Shown: positions 33,398 through 43,830 of the stretch, in pieces
Layout of the letters: each line of letters starts with the position of its first letter
Position numbering within the stretch: the first letter of the stretch is position 1
Source: an uncultured Clostridium sp.
GTDB taxonomy: Bacteria > Bacillota > Clostridia > Oscillospirales > CAG-272
Direction of reading: 5' to 3'
Length of the DNA: 64,000 bases
Assembly (NCBI GenBank): GCA_964427175.1
Contig: CAYRTP010000001.1
Span: forward strand, 7,836-71,835
Translations under genes and position numbers: made by a program
The notes under the pieces: model-generated
Database searches by the model: none
Told to the model about the DNA's origin: nothing
The model's input: the letters and a program-made list of their open reading frames with translations, nothing else

Positions 33398-36300
33398 ATG
33401 GCCAAAACCTACATCAACGCATCGAAAAACGCCGGTCTCAAAACAAACCGCATCACCCGTAAGAAGAAAAAGGAGTTCATCAACGCCTCCGCCCGCGATG
33501 AGAAGAACCGAGGAGGCCTGCTCGAAGGAGCAGGCTACCTCCTGGGGAGCGGTGCCCTGGGCGTTGCGGGCGTGGTCGAGGGCGCAGGCGACATTCTTGC
33601 CGCAGGTTCAGACCTTCTCCGCGGCGACACCGCCATGGCAAAATATCGTTTCATGGACAACGATACCGCCGAGGCCAGGGAAAAGCTGACCGAGTGGTAC
33701 AACCCCAACAAAGCCATGCAGATCGCCGGTGACGTAACCTCCGGCATCGGTAACAGCCTGGTCTTTATGCTCCCCTACGTCGGTCCCTACCTGGCCGCCG
33801 CAGGCTATACGGGTATGGGCATCTCCAACGCCGCCGAAAAGACCGGCGACGTGGGCTTGAAGGAGATCGGCTACGGTGTGGTATCCGGCGGTATGGAGTT
33901 CGCCATGGACAAGCTCACGGGCGGCATCGGAAAGGCCGGTAAAAACATCGGCTCTGCCGTAGCCCGCAAGCTGGGCCGAGAGGCGGGAGAGTCGGTGGCC
34001 ATGGCCACCGGAAAGACCGCCGCCTCCAAGCTGGCAGGCGCGATCACGGGCCGCGGCCTGGTGGGTACCGTCCTGAAGGAATCCCTCAAGGGCGCGGCAG
34101 GAGAGGCAGCCGAGGAATCCTTGACCGAGATCATCGACCCCGCCCTGCTCAAGCTGTTCAACATCGACGAAAACGCCGATTGGGACTGGAAGCAGATCGC
34201 CTACGCAGGTCTGATCGGCGGTCTCTCGGGCGGTCTTATGACCGCGGGGCCCGCCGCCATCAACTACAAATCCTCGGTCAAGGCAGGCCGTTCCATCCGC
34301 GAGAACGGCCAGGCCGAGACCATGGTCAACTACGCCAAGACCACAGCCCTCAAAGCCGCTACGCGAAAGCAGGAGCGGTACAAGGCCGCCGCTGATCAGA
34401 AGATCACCCCGAAAGAGGGGGCAACCGTTATCGGCAAGACCTACACCGGCGCGAAAAACCTGGTCAACAGCGTCCGGAACAGCCGCGCCGAAAGCCGCGT
34501 GAAGGCCATGGCCGAGAAGGTAGACAAGAACGTCGAGGCCTACAAGGCGTATATGTCCAACCCCAAAAAGACCGAGAAGGAGCTGGAGGTATCCGACGCA
34601 ATCCTCGGTGAGCTTCGCGGCAACCTGTTCCTGCTGGAAAACGCCAGCCTGCTGGAGGTCTACGAGGAGGCCGTCCTGGAGCTGGACGAGGAGGACAAGC
34701 AGAACCTTGTAAACGACCTCAACACCCGTGCCAAGGAGCAGAAGGGCAAGTCCGACTATACCGTAGCCGACCTCGAAGCGAATATCGACGATATCCTCAC
34801 CTCCATCGCCGCGAAGTATATGACCGACGATCAGTACGGAGAACTCAATAAACTTTTCCAAAAGCGGAAAAACGCTACTGCCGAGACCCAACCCGCCGAA
34901 ACAACGCCCCAGGTCGCCGTACAGCCCGCCCAGGGCGCAGAAGTGGCCGAGGCCGAGGAAGTGACCGCCCAAAGCAAAAAGCCCGTCACGCCGCGATTTG
35001 CGGGCAACGGGAAGGTCAAGGTGGAAGGTGGCCGCAATTGGAAGGATCTGACTATTACAGGAGATCAAAACGCCGCCTATGCCGCCTACAAGGCCGCCGA
35101 GATCCTCGCCCCCAACCTGGGAGCTGACATCGAGATCCACGAGAGCCTGGACAAGGACGGTCGCCAGGTAAACGGCTACTTTGATCAGCGGACCAATACC
35201 ATCCACATCAACATCAACGCCAAGCGCGGGACGAGCGGGAAGCAGATCGCCCTCTATACCCTGGGACACGAGGCCACCCACTACGTCAAGCAGTGGTCGG
35301 GTGAGAAATACGAAGCCCTGGCCGACTTCGTCATGAACAAGCTGGGCGGTGACACCGAGACCCTGATCACCGATAAGATCGCCACCCTGCGCACCATATC
35401 GGACTATCAGACCCTGTCCGACGAGGTCCTCCGCGACCTCGCCCGCGAGGAGGTTGTAGCCGACGGAATGGAGCTGATCCTCACCGACGGCAAGGTCCTG
35501 GACGAGCTGGCCAAGCAAGACCGTTCCCTGTGGGAGACCATCAAGGAATGGATATCCGACATCATTGCCAAGATCAAGAAGGCCTACGGCGATCTCAACC
35601 AGGCCTCCAAGACCGCGCAGACCCTGCGAGAGACCCTGGACACCCTGGACGAGGTGGAACGGCTGTTTACCGAGAGCGTGAAGGAGGCGGGGGAGAGAGT
35701 TAGGACGGCGGAGCCTGTAACCAGCATGAATGAAGAAAACGTGCAGGTTAGCGGGGAAAAGTTGTCTGTGGAGCCCAATTATGCCAGTAATATTGAGCAA
35801 TGGAACGCCGATGAGCGGCCAGAAAATGAGTCATTCATTTTAGGCATGACAGGTGATGTGCTACAAGGATTAGGGGCGATTGAAAGCGAAATTTTCATAA
35901 ACGGAGATAAAATCAAGACCATTTTGAGCGATCATCCTGAATTGACATTGGATGAAATCAAGCGGATTCCACAAATTTTAGATGATCCAGTTTTGATTTT
36001 AAAAAGCCGAAACGTAGGTCGCACCGGCAAAATGAATAGCCGCATGGTTATTTTTGGTGCTGTAAGAGCTAAAAACGGCCAGCCTGTTATGTCCATTTTG
36101 GATCTTCGTCCTGTTGAAAATAATTTCGTAATTGCGGATATGCAAAAAGTGACGAGTGCGTATACAAAGACGACAAACCCGGTAGAGTTTGTCAAGGAGA
36201 GTTCTGTGGTATATGCAGACAAAAAAAGAACCGCCTCGTTACTTCGGTCAATAGGCTTCCAAATGCCTATCGAGCTGAACAAGAGCGGTTACATAGGTAG

Positions 36301-39300
36301 TATAGCATACAAAGAGCGAAAAGTCAATATATACGGTGAAAAATTTGAAGATGTTTTTTCGGAAGGACAAATAAAATATTCCATTTCCGAAGAAACTCCC
36401 CCCGACCCCGATCCCGACACCACCCAATCAGAGGACAAGCCGAAAGCCGAAAAGGATCAACAGACCCTGGAGGAAGAAAACCGCGAACTGACCGAAAAGC
36501 TGCACAAAATGCAGTACGCTATGGTACAGAGGGCCATCAAGGCCGGAGAGATCTCCGCCAAGATGAAGCGGCAAGCCATATCCAAGGGTGCCGACGTAGT
36601 GCTGGACAGCATCGGCGTGACTGACGGCAGTAATCGACGCGAGCTGGTGCGCCGCATGGAAGAAATCTACGCCCACATGGCCGCCAAGAACGGCATATCC
36701 TATGAGCAAGCCTTTGAGGAGGCGGAGGACGTAGCCGACTGGCTGATATCCCGTCAACCCCTGGTGCGTGACGCAGCTATGGCCGAGCAGGCCCAGGAAA
36801 TCCTGAAAACCCTGCACAACTCCAAGATCAGATTGACCTTTGGTCAAAAGGGCGAGGTTTCCCAGCAAATGGGTTCCACCGAGGATTATCGAAAAGCCAT
36901 GTTTGGAAAGGTAACTGTCGCTGATCAGGCCGGAACGCCCCTGGATGTGCAGTGGGCCGAATGGTCAGATATGTACCCGGAGGTGTTTGCCGACGATGTA
37001 ACCGAGACAGATATGCCCACGAGGCTGTTGGAAATCTACGAAAACCTTATGTCACAGCGTGATTACGTGGAAATCATAGACGAGTACATCGACGCGGAGA
37101 CCTTGACTGCTACCATCTTTGAACAGATCGGTCATATCGTCTGGGAGGCCGAAACATCCTGGGTCAACGATACAACCATCCTGGCCAACGCGCTGGAGGG
37201 GGCCGTCACCTCCGAGCAGGAGTGGAAAATCGTCCAGGAGTACAAAAACCGCGCGGGAGAGCTGGAGCAAACCAATGCAAGAATTTCAGCCCTCCGACGT
37301 GAGGCAGCAGCTGTAAACAGAGAAATCGGCTCTCTGCTGCAAAAGAAAAAGGAAAGCGGCAACAAGGAGCCGTGGGTACTGACCGCGCTGGATGAATCAT
37401 ACAAGCGTAAGGGAGAGTTGATTGACGAACTCGACCACCTGGTGAACACCGTCCAAAAAGCGAGTGAAAGACTTCTGTCTCTCCGTGCTGCAAAGCCCTT
37501 GCAAAAAGCATTGGCAGAGGCGAATAAACGAGCTGACGCAATGGAAAAAAAGGCGCACAAAGCAGAGGAACAGGCAGAGAAGGCCTGGGAGTGGTCAAAG
37601 GAAACCGTCCGTGAGGTCCGAACCGAGGAACGAGAGAAGGGAAGGGAATACAAAGAATACCTCGACCGCAAAGAAGGCGAATCCCAGGAACGCGGCGAAA
37701 TCACAGCCCGTAAGCGTACCGTCATGCGGCTCCTGGGCTCACTGGAAACCAAACTCTACCACCCCACAAAAACAAACCACGTCCCCCAGGAGCTGCTTGA
37801 CCTGGCTCTGAAAACCCTCCACGTCGCCGATCCGGGCGCATTTGCCGCCAACCGCACCAATATCCGCGAGATGGGCGATCTTGCCGCAAAGATCGAGAAG
37901 CTGGAACGCAAGGCCGCAAGGACCGCCACCGAGCAGGAGCGTCTCGACAAAATGAAAAGCAAATACGAGCACCTGGAAGCCGAGACCCTGCCCCTCAAAG
38001 AGCAGGCCAAGGCCCTTCTGACCGCATTTGTCGAATATAACAAAAACGTTCCCGAGGATCAGCGATACCCCGAGGGCTTCATCAACATCATGACCGCCCG
38101 CGTCAATGAAATCGAAAACAAGCCTCTCGTTGAGATGGGCCTGCGCTCCCTGGAGGCCGTGGAGACGTTCGTCACGATGCTGAGCCATCAGATCGACACC
38201 GTGAACAACACCTTCGCCACCGAGCGGACCCTGAAGATCAGCGACCTCGGCCAAAAAGCATCCACCGAAGCCGCCGACAGTAAGCCCCTCAAGGTCCTGT
38301 CCCCCACCGGCAAGGAATGGGCAGGCATGAGCGGTATCCGAAATTTCTTCTGGAAGAACCTCAAGCCTCTCACCGTCTTCGAGGCCATCGGCTCAAAGAC
38401 CTTCGCTGACCTGTTCCAAAACGTCCTGAACGGAGAGGACACCTGGGCGCGGGATATCGTGGAGGCCCGCGAGAAGATCCTCAAGGCCCGGGAAGCCCAC
38501 GGCTACAAGGACTGGGACCTGGATGCCCGCACCGAGGTGCAGACAGGGAGCGGTCCCGTCAGCCTGAACCTGCGGGAGCGAATGGCGTTGTATGCTCTGT
38601 CCTTCCGTGAAAACGCCGAAAGCCACCTGCAAGGCGGCGGATTTGTCCTGGATCCCATGGCCACCGAGGAAACCAAGATCAAAGGCCTGTCGGTCGAAGC
38701 CCTGAAAAAGCGTCTCAACGACTCCAAGCGATACGTCATGGACAAGGAGATGCTGGGCAAGCTGGCTACGGGATTGACTGAGGAACAAAAAGCATACGTG
38801 CGGGAAATGCAGGCCTATCTTACCGAGCTGGGCAAGAAGGGTAACGAGGTATCCCGCAAGCTCTACGGAATGGACATTTTCACCGAGGAATATTACTTCC
38901 CGATGAAGGTGAGATCGGTATACCTGGATGCCCAAACAGGCAAAACGGGTGATCCCAATCTCAAAAACATGGGCATGACCAAGGAGATCGTCCCCAACGC
39001 CAAGAACCCCCTGGTTCTGCAAGGCTTCGACGAGATCATGGTGGACCATATCAACAACATGGCCACCTATCACGCCTTTGTGCTTCCCATGGAGGACCTG
39101 CGCCGTGTCCTCAACTACAAGCCGGTCAACTACAAGACCGACGAGAACGGCGACGTGATCCTGAATGATGACGGCCTCCCCGTGGCGGACAACGAAGCGG
39201 CAAAGCAGTACGACACACTCCAGGCCGTCATCGAATCCAAGTACGGACAAAAGGCCAATGCCTACATCATCCAGCTCATGCGAGACCTCAACGGCGGTGC

Positions 39301-41098
39301 CCGTCGGGACGCGGCGGCGGGGATCATCGACCGAGGCATTACAGCCTTCAAGCGGGCCTCCACTATGGCCTCCCTGTCGGTGCTGGTACAGCAGCCCACG
39401 TCCATCTTCCGCGCGGCGGCTTACATTGACCCCAAATACCTGGCCGGAACCGCCTCCATCGTGGATTTCAAGAACCACAAAAAGCTGTGGGAGCGGGTCA
39501 AGAAATACGCCCCCGTTGCCATCATCAAGGAAATGGGCGGCTATGACACAGGTGTGGGAGCCCGGACGGGCGACTATCTGAACGCCGCCGAATACGGTAA
39601 GGGCGAGCGTCTCAAAGGCTTTGCCACCGATGCAAACTACCGCGCCGAGGTCTTCGGCATGGGCGCGGCCTATGCGGACGAGATGGCCTGGATCCAAATT
39701 TTCGAGGCCTGCGTCAGCGAGCAGGCGGACAAGCTGAAGCAATCCCGCGACTCCGAGGCCGTCCTGGAAGCGGCAGGGAAGCGGTTCGAGGAGGTCGTGC
39801 GCCATACCCAGGTGTATGACTCCACCCTGACCCGTTCCGAGAATATGCGCTCCAAGGACACCGGTATGAAAATGGCCACCGCCTTCATGTCCGAGCCCAC
39901 CACCGTTGTCTCCATGATCGCGGAGGCTATCATGAAAGCCGAGCGGGGAGATGTCAAGTTCCTGCGCAACACAGCCGCCGCCGTGGGCGCGTCCATCATA
40001 GTCAACGCCCTGGCATCCTCCCTGATATACGCCATGCGCGACGACGATGAGGAGAAAACCTACGGCGAGAAATACCTGTCCAAGCTGGCCATGGAAACCG
40101 CCGCGGGATTCAACCCGCTGGAGTATTTCCCTGTATTCCGCGATTTCATGTCGTTGGTGAAGGGATATGAGGTCGAGCGGACCGATATGGCCCTGGTAGG
40201 AGACCTGCTCAACCAGGTGCAGAGCCTCTCCAGCTCCAAGAAGACCATCCCCCAAAAGGTGATCGGCGTGAGCGGTGCGGTCTCATCCTTCTTTGGATTG
40301 CCGCTGACCAATGTGGTTCGAGATGCCAACGGATTCTTACACACCGTTCTCAAGCAGACCGATACCGAGCGTATGACCGGGAAGGGTCTGTCCGTAGCGT
40401 TGATGCAGGAGTTTGACACCATTTTTAACGCCTTCGACGAGAAGACCCGCAATAGCTACCAGCTCTACCAGGCCGTGCTGGATGGCGACAACAAGCACTA
40501 TGCCAGAGTAGTCGCCCGTTACGAGAGCAGTAAAGACGCAGAACTCGCCCTGCGCCAGGCCTTGAGGGAATACGATCCCCGCATAACCGAAGCCGCCCAA
40601 GCCCGTCTCAACGGTGAACTCGACGTATACGAATCCATAGTAGACCAGATCGAGTCGGAGGGCAAGTTTGACCGCAACATCGCCATCCGCGCCATCAATA
40701 ACCAGATGACTTGGATCAAAAACAACGAAACCACAGCCACCGTCCCGCAGGCCGAGGACGCAGAGGACACACCCGAGGCTCTCTACACCGCCTCCGACCT
40801 CAACGCGGCCCTGGAACGCGGTGACTCCGAGGACTTTGAGATGCTCTACTACGTTCTGCTCACCGATAAGAAGGAGCAGGGAAAGACCGAGGCCCAGGCC
40901 CGATCCTCCATCAAATCCTCGGTCACGTCCTACTGGAAAAAGCAATACCTCGCCGCCTGGGAAGCCAATGACACCAAGGAGATCAAGCGAATCCAATCCA
41001 TCCTCCTGTCCACGGGCCTCTACGGCACCCGCAATGACGTGGCGACTACGGGTCAGGAGTGGGTAAAGGCCTACGCGGCCTCCAAAACCAAAAAGTAA
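33398..41098 (+). CDS. Giant polyvalent-type virion protein (2566 aa)
   Basis: Gly-zipper/hydrophobic N-terminus. Zincin motif LGHEATHY. A low-GC inserted domain. Long coiled coils. C-terminal hydrophobic segments. Confidence 0.85.
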   Translation: MAKTYINASKNAGLKTNRITRKKKKEFINASARDEKNRGGLLEGAGYLLGSGALGVAGVVEGAGDILAAGSDLLRGDTAMAKYRFMDNDTAEAREKLTEWYNPNKAMQIAGDVTSGIGNSLVFMLPYVGPYLAAAGYTGMGISNAAEKTGDVGLKEIGYGVVSGGMEFAMDKLTGGIGKAGKNIGSAVARKLGREAGESVAMATGKTAASKLAGAITGRGLVGTVLKESLKGAAGEAAEESLTEIIDPALLKLFNIDENADWDWKQIAYAGLIGGLSGGLMTAGPAAINYKSSVKAGRSIRENGQAETMVNYAKTTALKAATRKQERYKAAADQKITPKEGATVIGKTYTGAKNLVNSVRNSRAESRVKAMAEKVDKNVEAYKAYMSNPKKTEKELEVSDAILGELRGNLFLLENASLLEVYEEAVLELDEEDKQNLVNDLNTRAKEQKGKSDYTVADLEANIDDILTSIAAKYMTDDQYGELNKLFQKRKNATAETQPAETTPQVAVQPAQGAEVAEAEEVTAQSKKPVTPRFAGNGKVKVEGGRNWKDLTITGDQNAAYAAYKAAEILAPNLGADIEIHESLDKDGRQVNGYFDQRTNTIHININAKRGTSGKQIALYTLGHEATHYVKQWSGEKYEALADFVMNKLGGDTETLITDKIATLRTISDYQTLSDEVLRDLAREEVVADGMELILTDGKVLDELAKQDRSLWETIKEWISDIIAKIKKAYGDLNQASKTAQTLRETLDTLDEVERLFTESVKEAGERVRTAEPVTSMNEENVQVSGEKLSVEPNYASNIEQWNADERPENESFILGMTGDVLQGLGAIESEIFINGDKIKTILSDHPELTLDEIKRIPQILDDPVLILKSRNVGRTGKMNSRMVIFGAVRAKNGQPVMSILDLRPVENNFVIADMQKVTSAYTKTTNPVEFVKESSVVYADKKRTASLLRSIGFQMPIELNKSGYIGSIAYKERKVNIYGEKFEDVFSEGQIKYSISEETPPDPDPDTTQSEDKPKAEKDQQTLEEENRELTEKLHKMQYAMVQRAIKAGEISAKMKRQAISKGADVVLDSIGVTDGSNRRELVRRMEEIYAHMAAKNGISYEQAFEEAEDVADWLISRQPLVRDAAMAEQAQEILKTLHNSKIRLTFGQKGEVSQQMGSTEDYRKAMFGKVTVADQAGTPLDVQWAEWSDMYPEVFADDVTETDMPTRLLEIYENLMSQRDYVEIIDEYIDAETLTATIFEQIGHIVWEAETSWVNDTTILANALEGAVTSEQEWKIVQEYKNRAGELEQTNARISALRREAAAVNREIGSLLQKKKESGNKEPWVLTALDESYKRKGELIDELDHLVNTVQKASERLLSLRAAKPLQKALAEANKRADAMEKKAHKAEEQAEKAWEWSKETVREVRTEEREKGREYKEYLDRKEGESQERGEITARKRTVMRLLGSLETKLYHPTKTNHVPQELLDLALKTLHVADPGAFAANRTNIREMGDLAAKIEKLERKAARTATEQERLDKMKSKYEHLEAETLPLKEQAKALLTAFVEYNKNVPEDQRYPEGFINIMTARVNEIENKPLVEMGLRSLEAVETFVTMLSHQIDTVNNTFATERTLKISDLGQKASTEAADSKPLKVLSPTGKEWAGMSGIRNFFWKNLKPLTVFEAIGSKTFADLFQNVLNGEDTWARDIVEAREKILKAREAHGYKDWDLDARTEVQTGSGPVSLNLRERMALYALSFRENAESHLQGGGFVLDPMATEETKIKGLSVEALKKRLNDSKRYVMDKEMLGKLATGLTEEQKAYVREMQAYLTELGKKGNEVSRKLYGMDIFTEEYYFPMKVRSVYLDAQTGKTGDPNLKNMGMTKEIVPNAKNPLVLQGFDEIMVDHINNMATYHAFVLPMEDLRRVLNYKPVNYKTDENGDVILNDDGLPVADNEAAKQYDTLQAVIESKYGQKANAYIIQLMRDLNGGARRDAAAGIIDRGITAFKRASTMASLSVLVQQPTSIFRAAAYIDPKYLAGTASIVDFKNHKKLWERVKKYAPVAIIKEMGGYDTGVGARTGDYLNAAEYGKGERLKGFATDANYRAEVFGMGAAYADEMAWIQIFEACVSEQADKLKQSRDSEAVLEAAGKRFEEVVRHTQVYDSTLTRSENMRSKDTGMKMATAFMSEPTTVVSMIAEAIMKAERGDVKFLRNTAAAVGASIIVNALASSLIYAMRDDDEEKTYGEKYLSKLAMETAAGFNPLEYFPVFRDFMSLVKGYEVERTDMALVGDLLNQVQSLSSSKKTIPQKVIGVSGAVSSFFGLPLTNVVRDANGFLHTVLKQTDTERMTGKGLSVALMQEFDTIFNAFDEKTRNSYQLYQAVLDGDNKHYARVVARYESSKDAELALRQALREYDPRITEAAQARLNGELDVYESIVDQIESEGKFDRNIAIRAINNQMTWIKNNETTATVPQAEDAEDTPEALYTASDLNAALERGDSEDFEMLYYVLLTDKKEQGKTEAQARSSIKSSVTSYWKKQYLAAWEANDTKEIKRIQSILLSTGLYGTRNDVATTGQEWVKAYAASKTKK

Positions 41099-41140
41099 AT
41101 ATGGGGAGGGCAAACCCTCCCCCGAAAGGAGAGAAAAACC

Positions 41141-43816
41141 ATGAGTACCATATATCGCAAGGCGGTGACTCGCATCATCCTGGACGTAGCCAGCCCGGAC
41201 GTGCAAAAGGCGGTGTCGGTCACCCAGGGCGATGTCAACCGCAAGTTTGAGATCACCCTTGTAGACGGTGGGCGGCCGTTCCCGCTTCAGCCGAAATGGA
41301 CGGCGGCCCTGGTCGGCATCAAGCCGGACGGCACGAACATTTTTAACTCCTGCGTGGTAGACGAGACGGGTAAGATCGTCTACGATTTCGCGGGCGGTGA
41401 GGAGATCGCCACGGCGGCGGGTGGCTACGCCATCTACTTTGAGATCTACGACGAGGTTGGTGATACCCTGGCCAGCCCCTCGATTTGGCTGACTGTCATC
41501 CCGTTCCCCAACCGAGACATGGCCTCCGAGGACCAGTACACAGCGGCGAGGGAGCTTGTCCGACGGATAAATGAGATGGAGGGACACCTGGAAATTTTTG
41601 AGCTCCATGTAAAAGATGTCGATTGGGATGTCCTCGGAAATACGGAGCACATTCGGAACACGATCGCCTTGACAGACGGAGCCCTCACGAAGATCAGCCC
41701 CAACCTACTCCCGGATTTCCGTACTATCATGCTCAGTAAACCAACTGTAAACAACTACTGTGTCTATATGAACAGTACGGTTTATAACGCGGAAGTTGGA
41801 GAGCTGGCGGGCCGATGGGTAAAACTCAACGGTCAGCTCGCCTACATCGGGGCCAACACCGCCGATGAGATCCTCTTGTATACCAGCAGCAGCATGACCA
41901 AGACCCTGAACGTGACCTGCGCGGCGGGGGACGTGCTCTATCCTGCGGATATGGACGTGACCGAGGAGGTCAAGAAGAGTTTGGACGTTGCTGATATCGC
42001 CCACGAGCACGTCTACCTCAAACTGCAAAACAGGAAGTTTATCCTGGATGATGCCGATCTGCTCCCCGGCCACTACGGCATCGTGCTCAGCGAGTCAACT
42101 GAAAACCACTATGGCATCTACATGGACAGCATGGTCTATCACGCGGCGGTTGGAGCGTTAGAGGGCCGATGGGTAAAGCTCAACGGTCAGATCGGCTACA
42201 TCGGGGCCAATACCCCCGACGCGATGATCTTGTACACCGACAGCACAAAGACCACGCCCCTGTACGTAACCTGCGCGGCGGGAGACGTGCTCTACCCAGT
42301 GCAAATGGACGTGACCGAGGAGATCAAGGAGATTTTGGACGTTGAGGGAAGTGGCACCGTCCCGACCTTTGACCTGGTGGAGCTGGGCATGGGCCCCATC
42401 ACCATCATCGACGAGGGAGAGCCTGTGGTACTGGAGACCGATACGACCGAGATCATGGAGGCCGTGGAGCGAGGAGAGGCCGGGTTCACCCTGGAGTTCG
42501 CGTACAGCGGACTGACGGTGCAGGGGACTTACGTCATGCAAGCACAGCCCGGAGGCTTCGCCAAAATCACAACCATCCCGTTTGCGGCGGACTACCCCTT
42601 TGTCGTGACGCTCCTGGTCGAGGAGGGTAAGATCACGGGCACCGCAACGACCATTCAGAAGATGCTCCCCGACCCCACCGCCGACGACGAGGGCAAAGTC
42701 CTGACTGCCGAGGGCGGTGAGTGGGTACTCAAGGAGATCGAAACAGAACTCCCCGAGATTGCCGACGGTGACGAAGGCAAGGTCCTGACCGCCGAGGACG
42801 GCGAATGGGTAGCAAAAGAGATCGACACCGACATCCCGGCCTTTGACCTCTCGGGCCTGGGCCTGCCTGCGATCCCGCTGGATGGGACGGCTGTAGAGGC
42901 CGCGATGGATGTGGCCGAGATCGTCGCCGCGCTTCAGGCGGGGCCTGTGAAATTCAAGGTCCAGCTGACAGACGGCGAGAACGGGGGTGAGGTCGAATTG
43001 ATGGGGACCTCAATGGGTATGTCCGATGGCTCCACGTACTCCTGCTCCTGTGCTGTGGACGCTTTGTCAGGTATTGGCGCGCATCTGAACCTGCTCTTTC
43101 TGCCCGAGTATAATGCGTGCACCGCTATAATTTTGAAGACCGAGACCGAAAAGCTCCCCGAGGTCACCGCTGACGACGACGGAAAAGTGCTGGCGGTCGA
43201 GGGCGGGGAGTGGACGGCGAAAGAGCAGGAAGCCATTCTTCCCGAGGTCACCTCCGACGACGACGGAAAAGTGCTTGCGGTAGAGAACGGCGAGTGGGTA
43301 GCCAAGGAACTGACAACCGAGGACGAGGAGGGGAGCGATACCGCCATCCCGACCTTCGACCTGGTGGCGCAGGGACTCCCCGCCGTGCCTCTTGACGGGA
43401 CTTCTGTTGCCGCCTACGACGTTGACAACTCGGAGATTTTCACGGCTCTGGACGCGGGCATGGCACAAGTCCTCGTGAGTGTCGGGGTTTTGTCCAGTCG
43501 TTCGTTCATCGTCGATGGCTTTAAAATGTCCAACAGCACATACTCGTGTTCGGAGGTGTTCGTGAGTGGAGAGGACGGCTATGTGCTCAATCTGTTCTTC
43601 TGGAAGGACGCAACCATAGCCCAGATTACAAAGGTGCTGACCAAGCTCCCCGAGGAGCCCACAGCCTACGACCTATCCGCGTTTGACACGGACGGCACCA
43701 TCACCGAGACCTACGCGGACGGCACGACCAAGACCACTACGATGGAGTTTGACGCGGACGGGAACCCCGTCAAGATCACCGACGGCGACGGGAACGTCGT
43801 CACGCTGACATGGTAA
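41141..43816 (+). CDS. Tail fibre / receptor-binding protein (891 aa)
   Basis: Four DD.GKVL(T/A)(A/V)E.GEW..KE motifs and a tandem ~118-aa duplication. Confidence 0.7.
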   Translation: MSTIYRKAVTRIILDVASPDVQKAVSVTQGDVNRKFEITLVDGGRPFPLQPKWTAALVGIKPDGTNIFNSCVVDETGKIVYDFAGGEEIATAAGGYAIYFEIYDEVGDTLASPSIWLTVIPFPNRDMASEDQYTAARELVRRINEMEGHLEIFELHVKDVDWDVLGNTEHIRNTIALTDGALTKISPNLLPDFRTIMLSKPTVNNYCVYMNSTVYNAEVGELAGRWVKLNGQLAYIGANTADEILLYTSSSMTKTLNVTCAAGDVLYPADMDVTEEVKKSLDVADIAHEHVYLKLQNRKFILDDADLLPGHYGIVLSESTENHYGIYMDSMVYHAAVGALEGRWVKLNGQIGYIGANTPDAMILYTDSTKTTPLYVTCAAGDVLYPVQMDVTEEIKEILDVEGSGTVPTFDLVELGMGPITIIDEGEPVVLETDTTEIMEAVERGEAGFTLEFAYSGLTVQGTYVMQAQPGGFAKITTIPFAADYPFVVTLLVEEGKITGTATTIQKMLPDPTADDEGKVLTAEGGEWVLKEIETELPEIADGDEGKVLTAEDGEWVAKEIDTDIPAFDLSGLGLPAIPLDGTAVEAAMDVAEIVAALQAGPVKFKVQLTDGENGGEVELMGTSMGMSDGSTYSCSCAVDALSGIGAHLNLLFLPEYNACTAIILKTETEKLPEVTADDDGKVLAVEGGEWTAKEQEAILPEVTSDDDGKVLAVENGEWVAKELTTEDEEGSDTAIPTFDLVAQGLPAVPLDGTSVAAYDVDNSEIFTALDAGMAQVLVSVGVLSSRSFIVDGFKMSNSTYSCSEVFVSGEDGYVLNLFFWKDATIAQITKVLTKLPEEPTAYDLSAFDTDGTITETYADGTTKTTTMEFDADGNPVKITDGDGNVVTLTW

Positions 43817-43830
43817 GGAGGTAGAGGCTT

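Noticed and set aside
30961-41650. Series of long minus-strand ORFs (814, 730, 620 and 437 aa, and others) opposite the 744-aa and 2566-aa genes
   Set aside because: They are shadow frames of long GC-rich coding regions with low-complexity G/L/V/D/R translations. The + strand ORFs have RBSs, overlapping starts and recognisable motifs.
42675-43320. Regularly spaced short repeats that could superficially suggest a CRISPR-like array
   Set aside because: The repeats are in-frame peptide motifs (DD.GKVL..E.GEW) inside a long ORF. The spacing is not uniform and there are no cas genes. No CRISPR array is present in the window.
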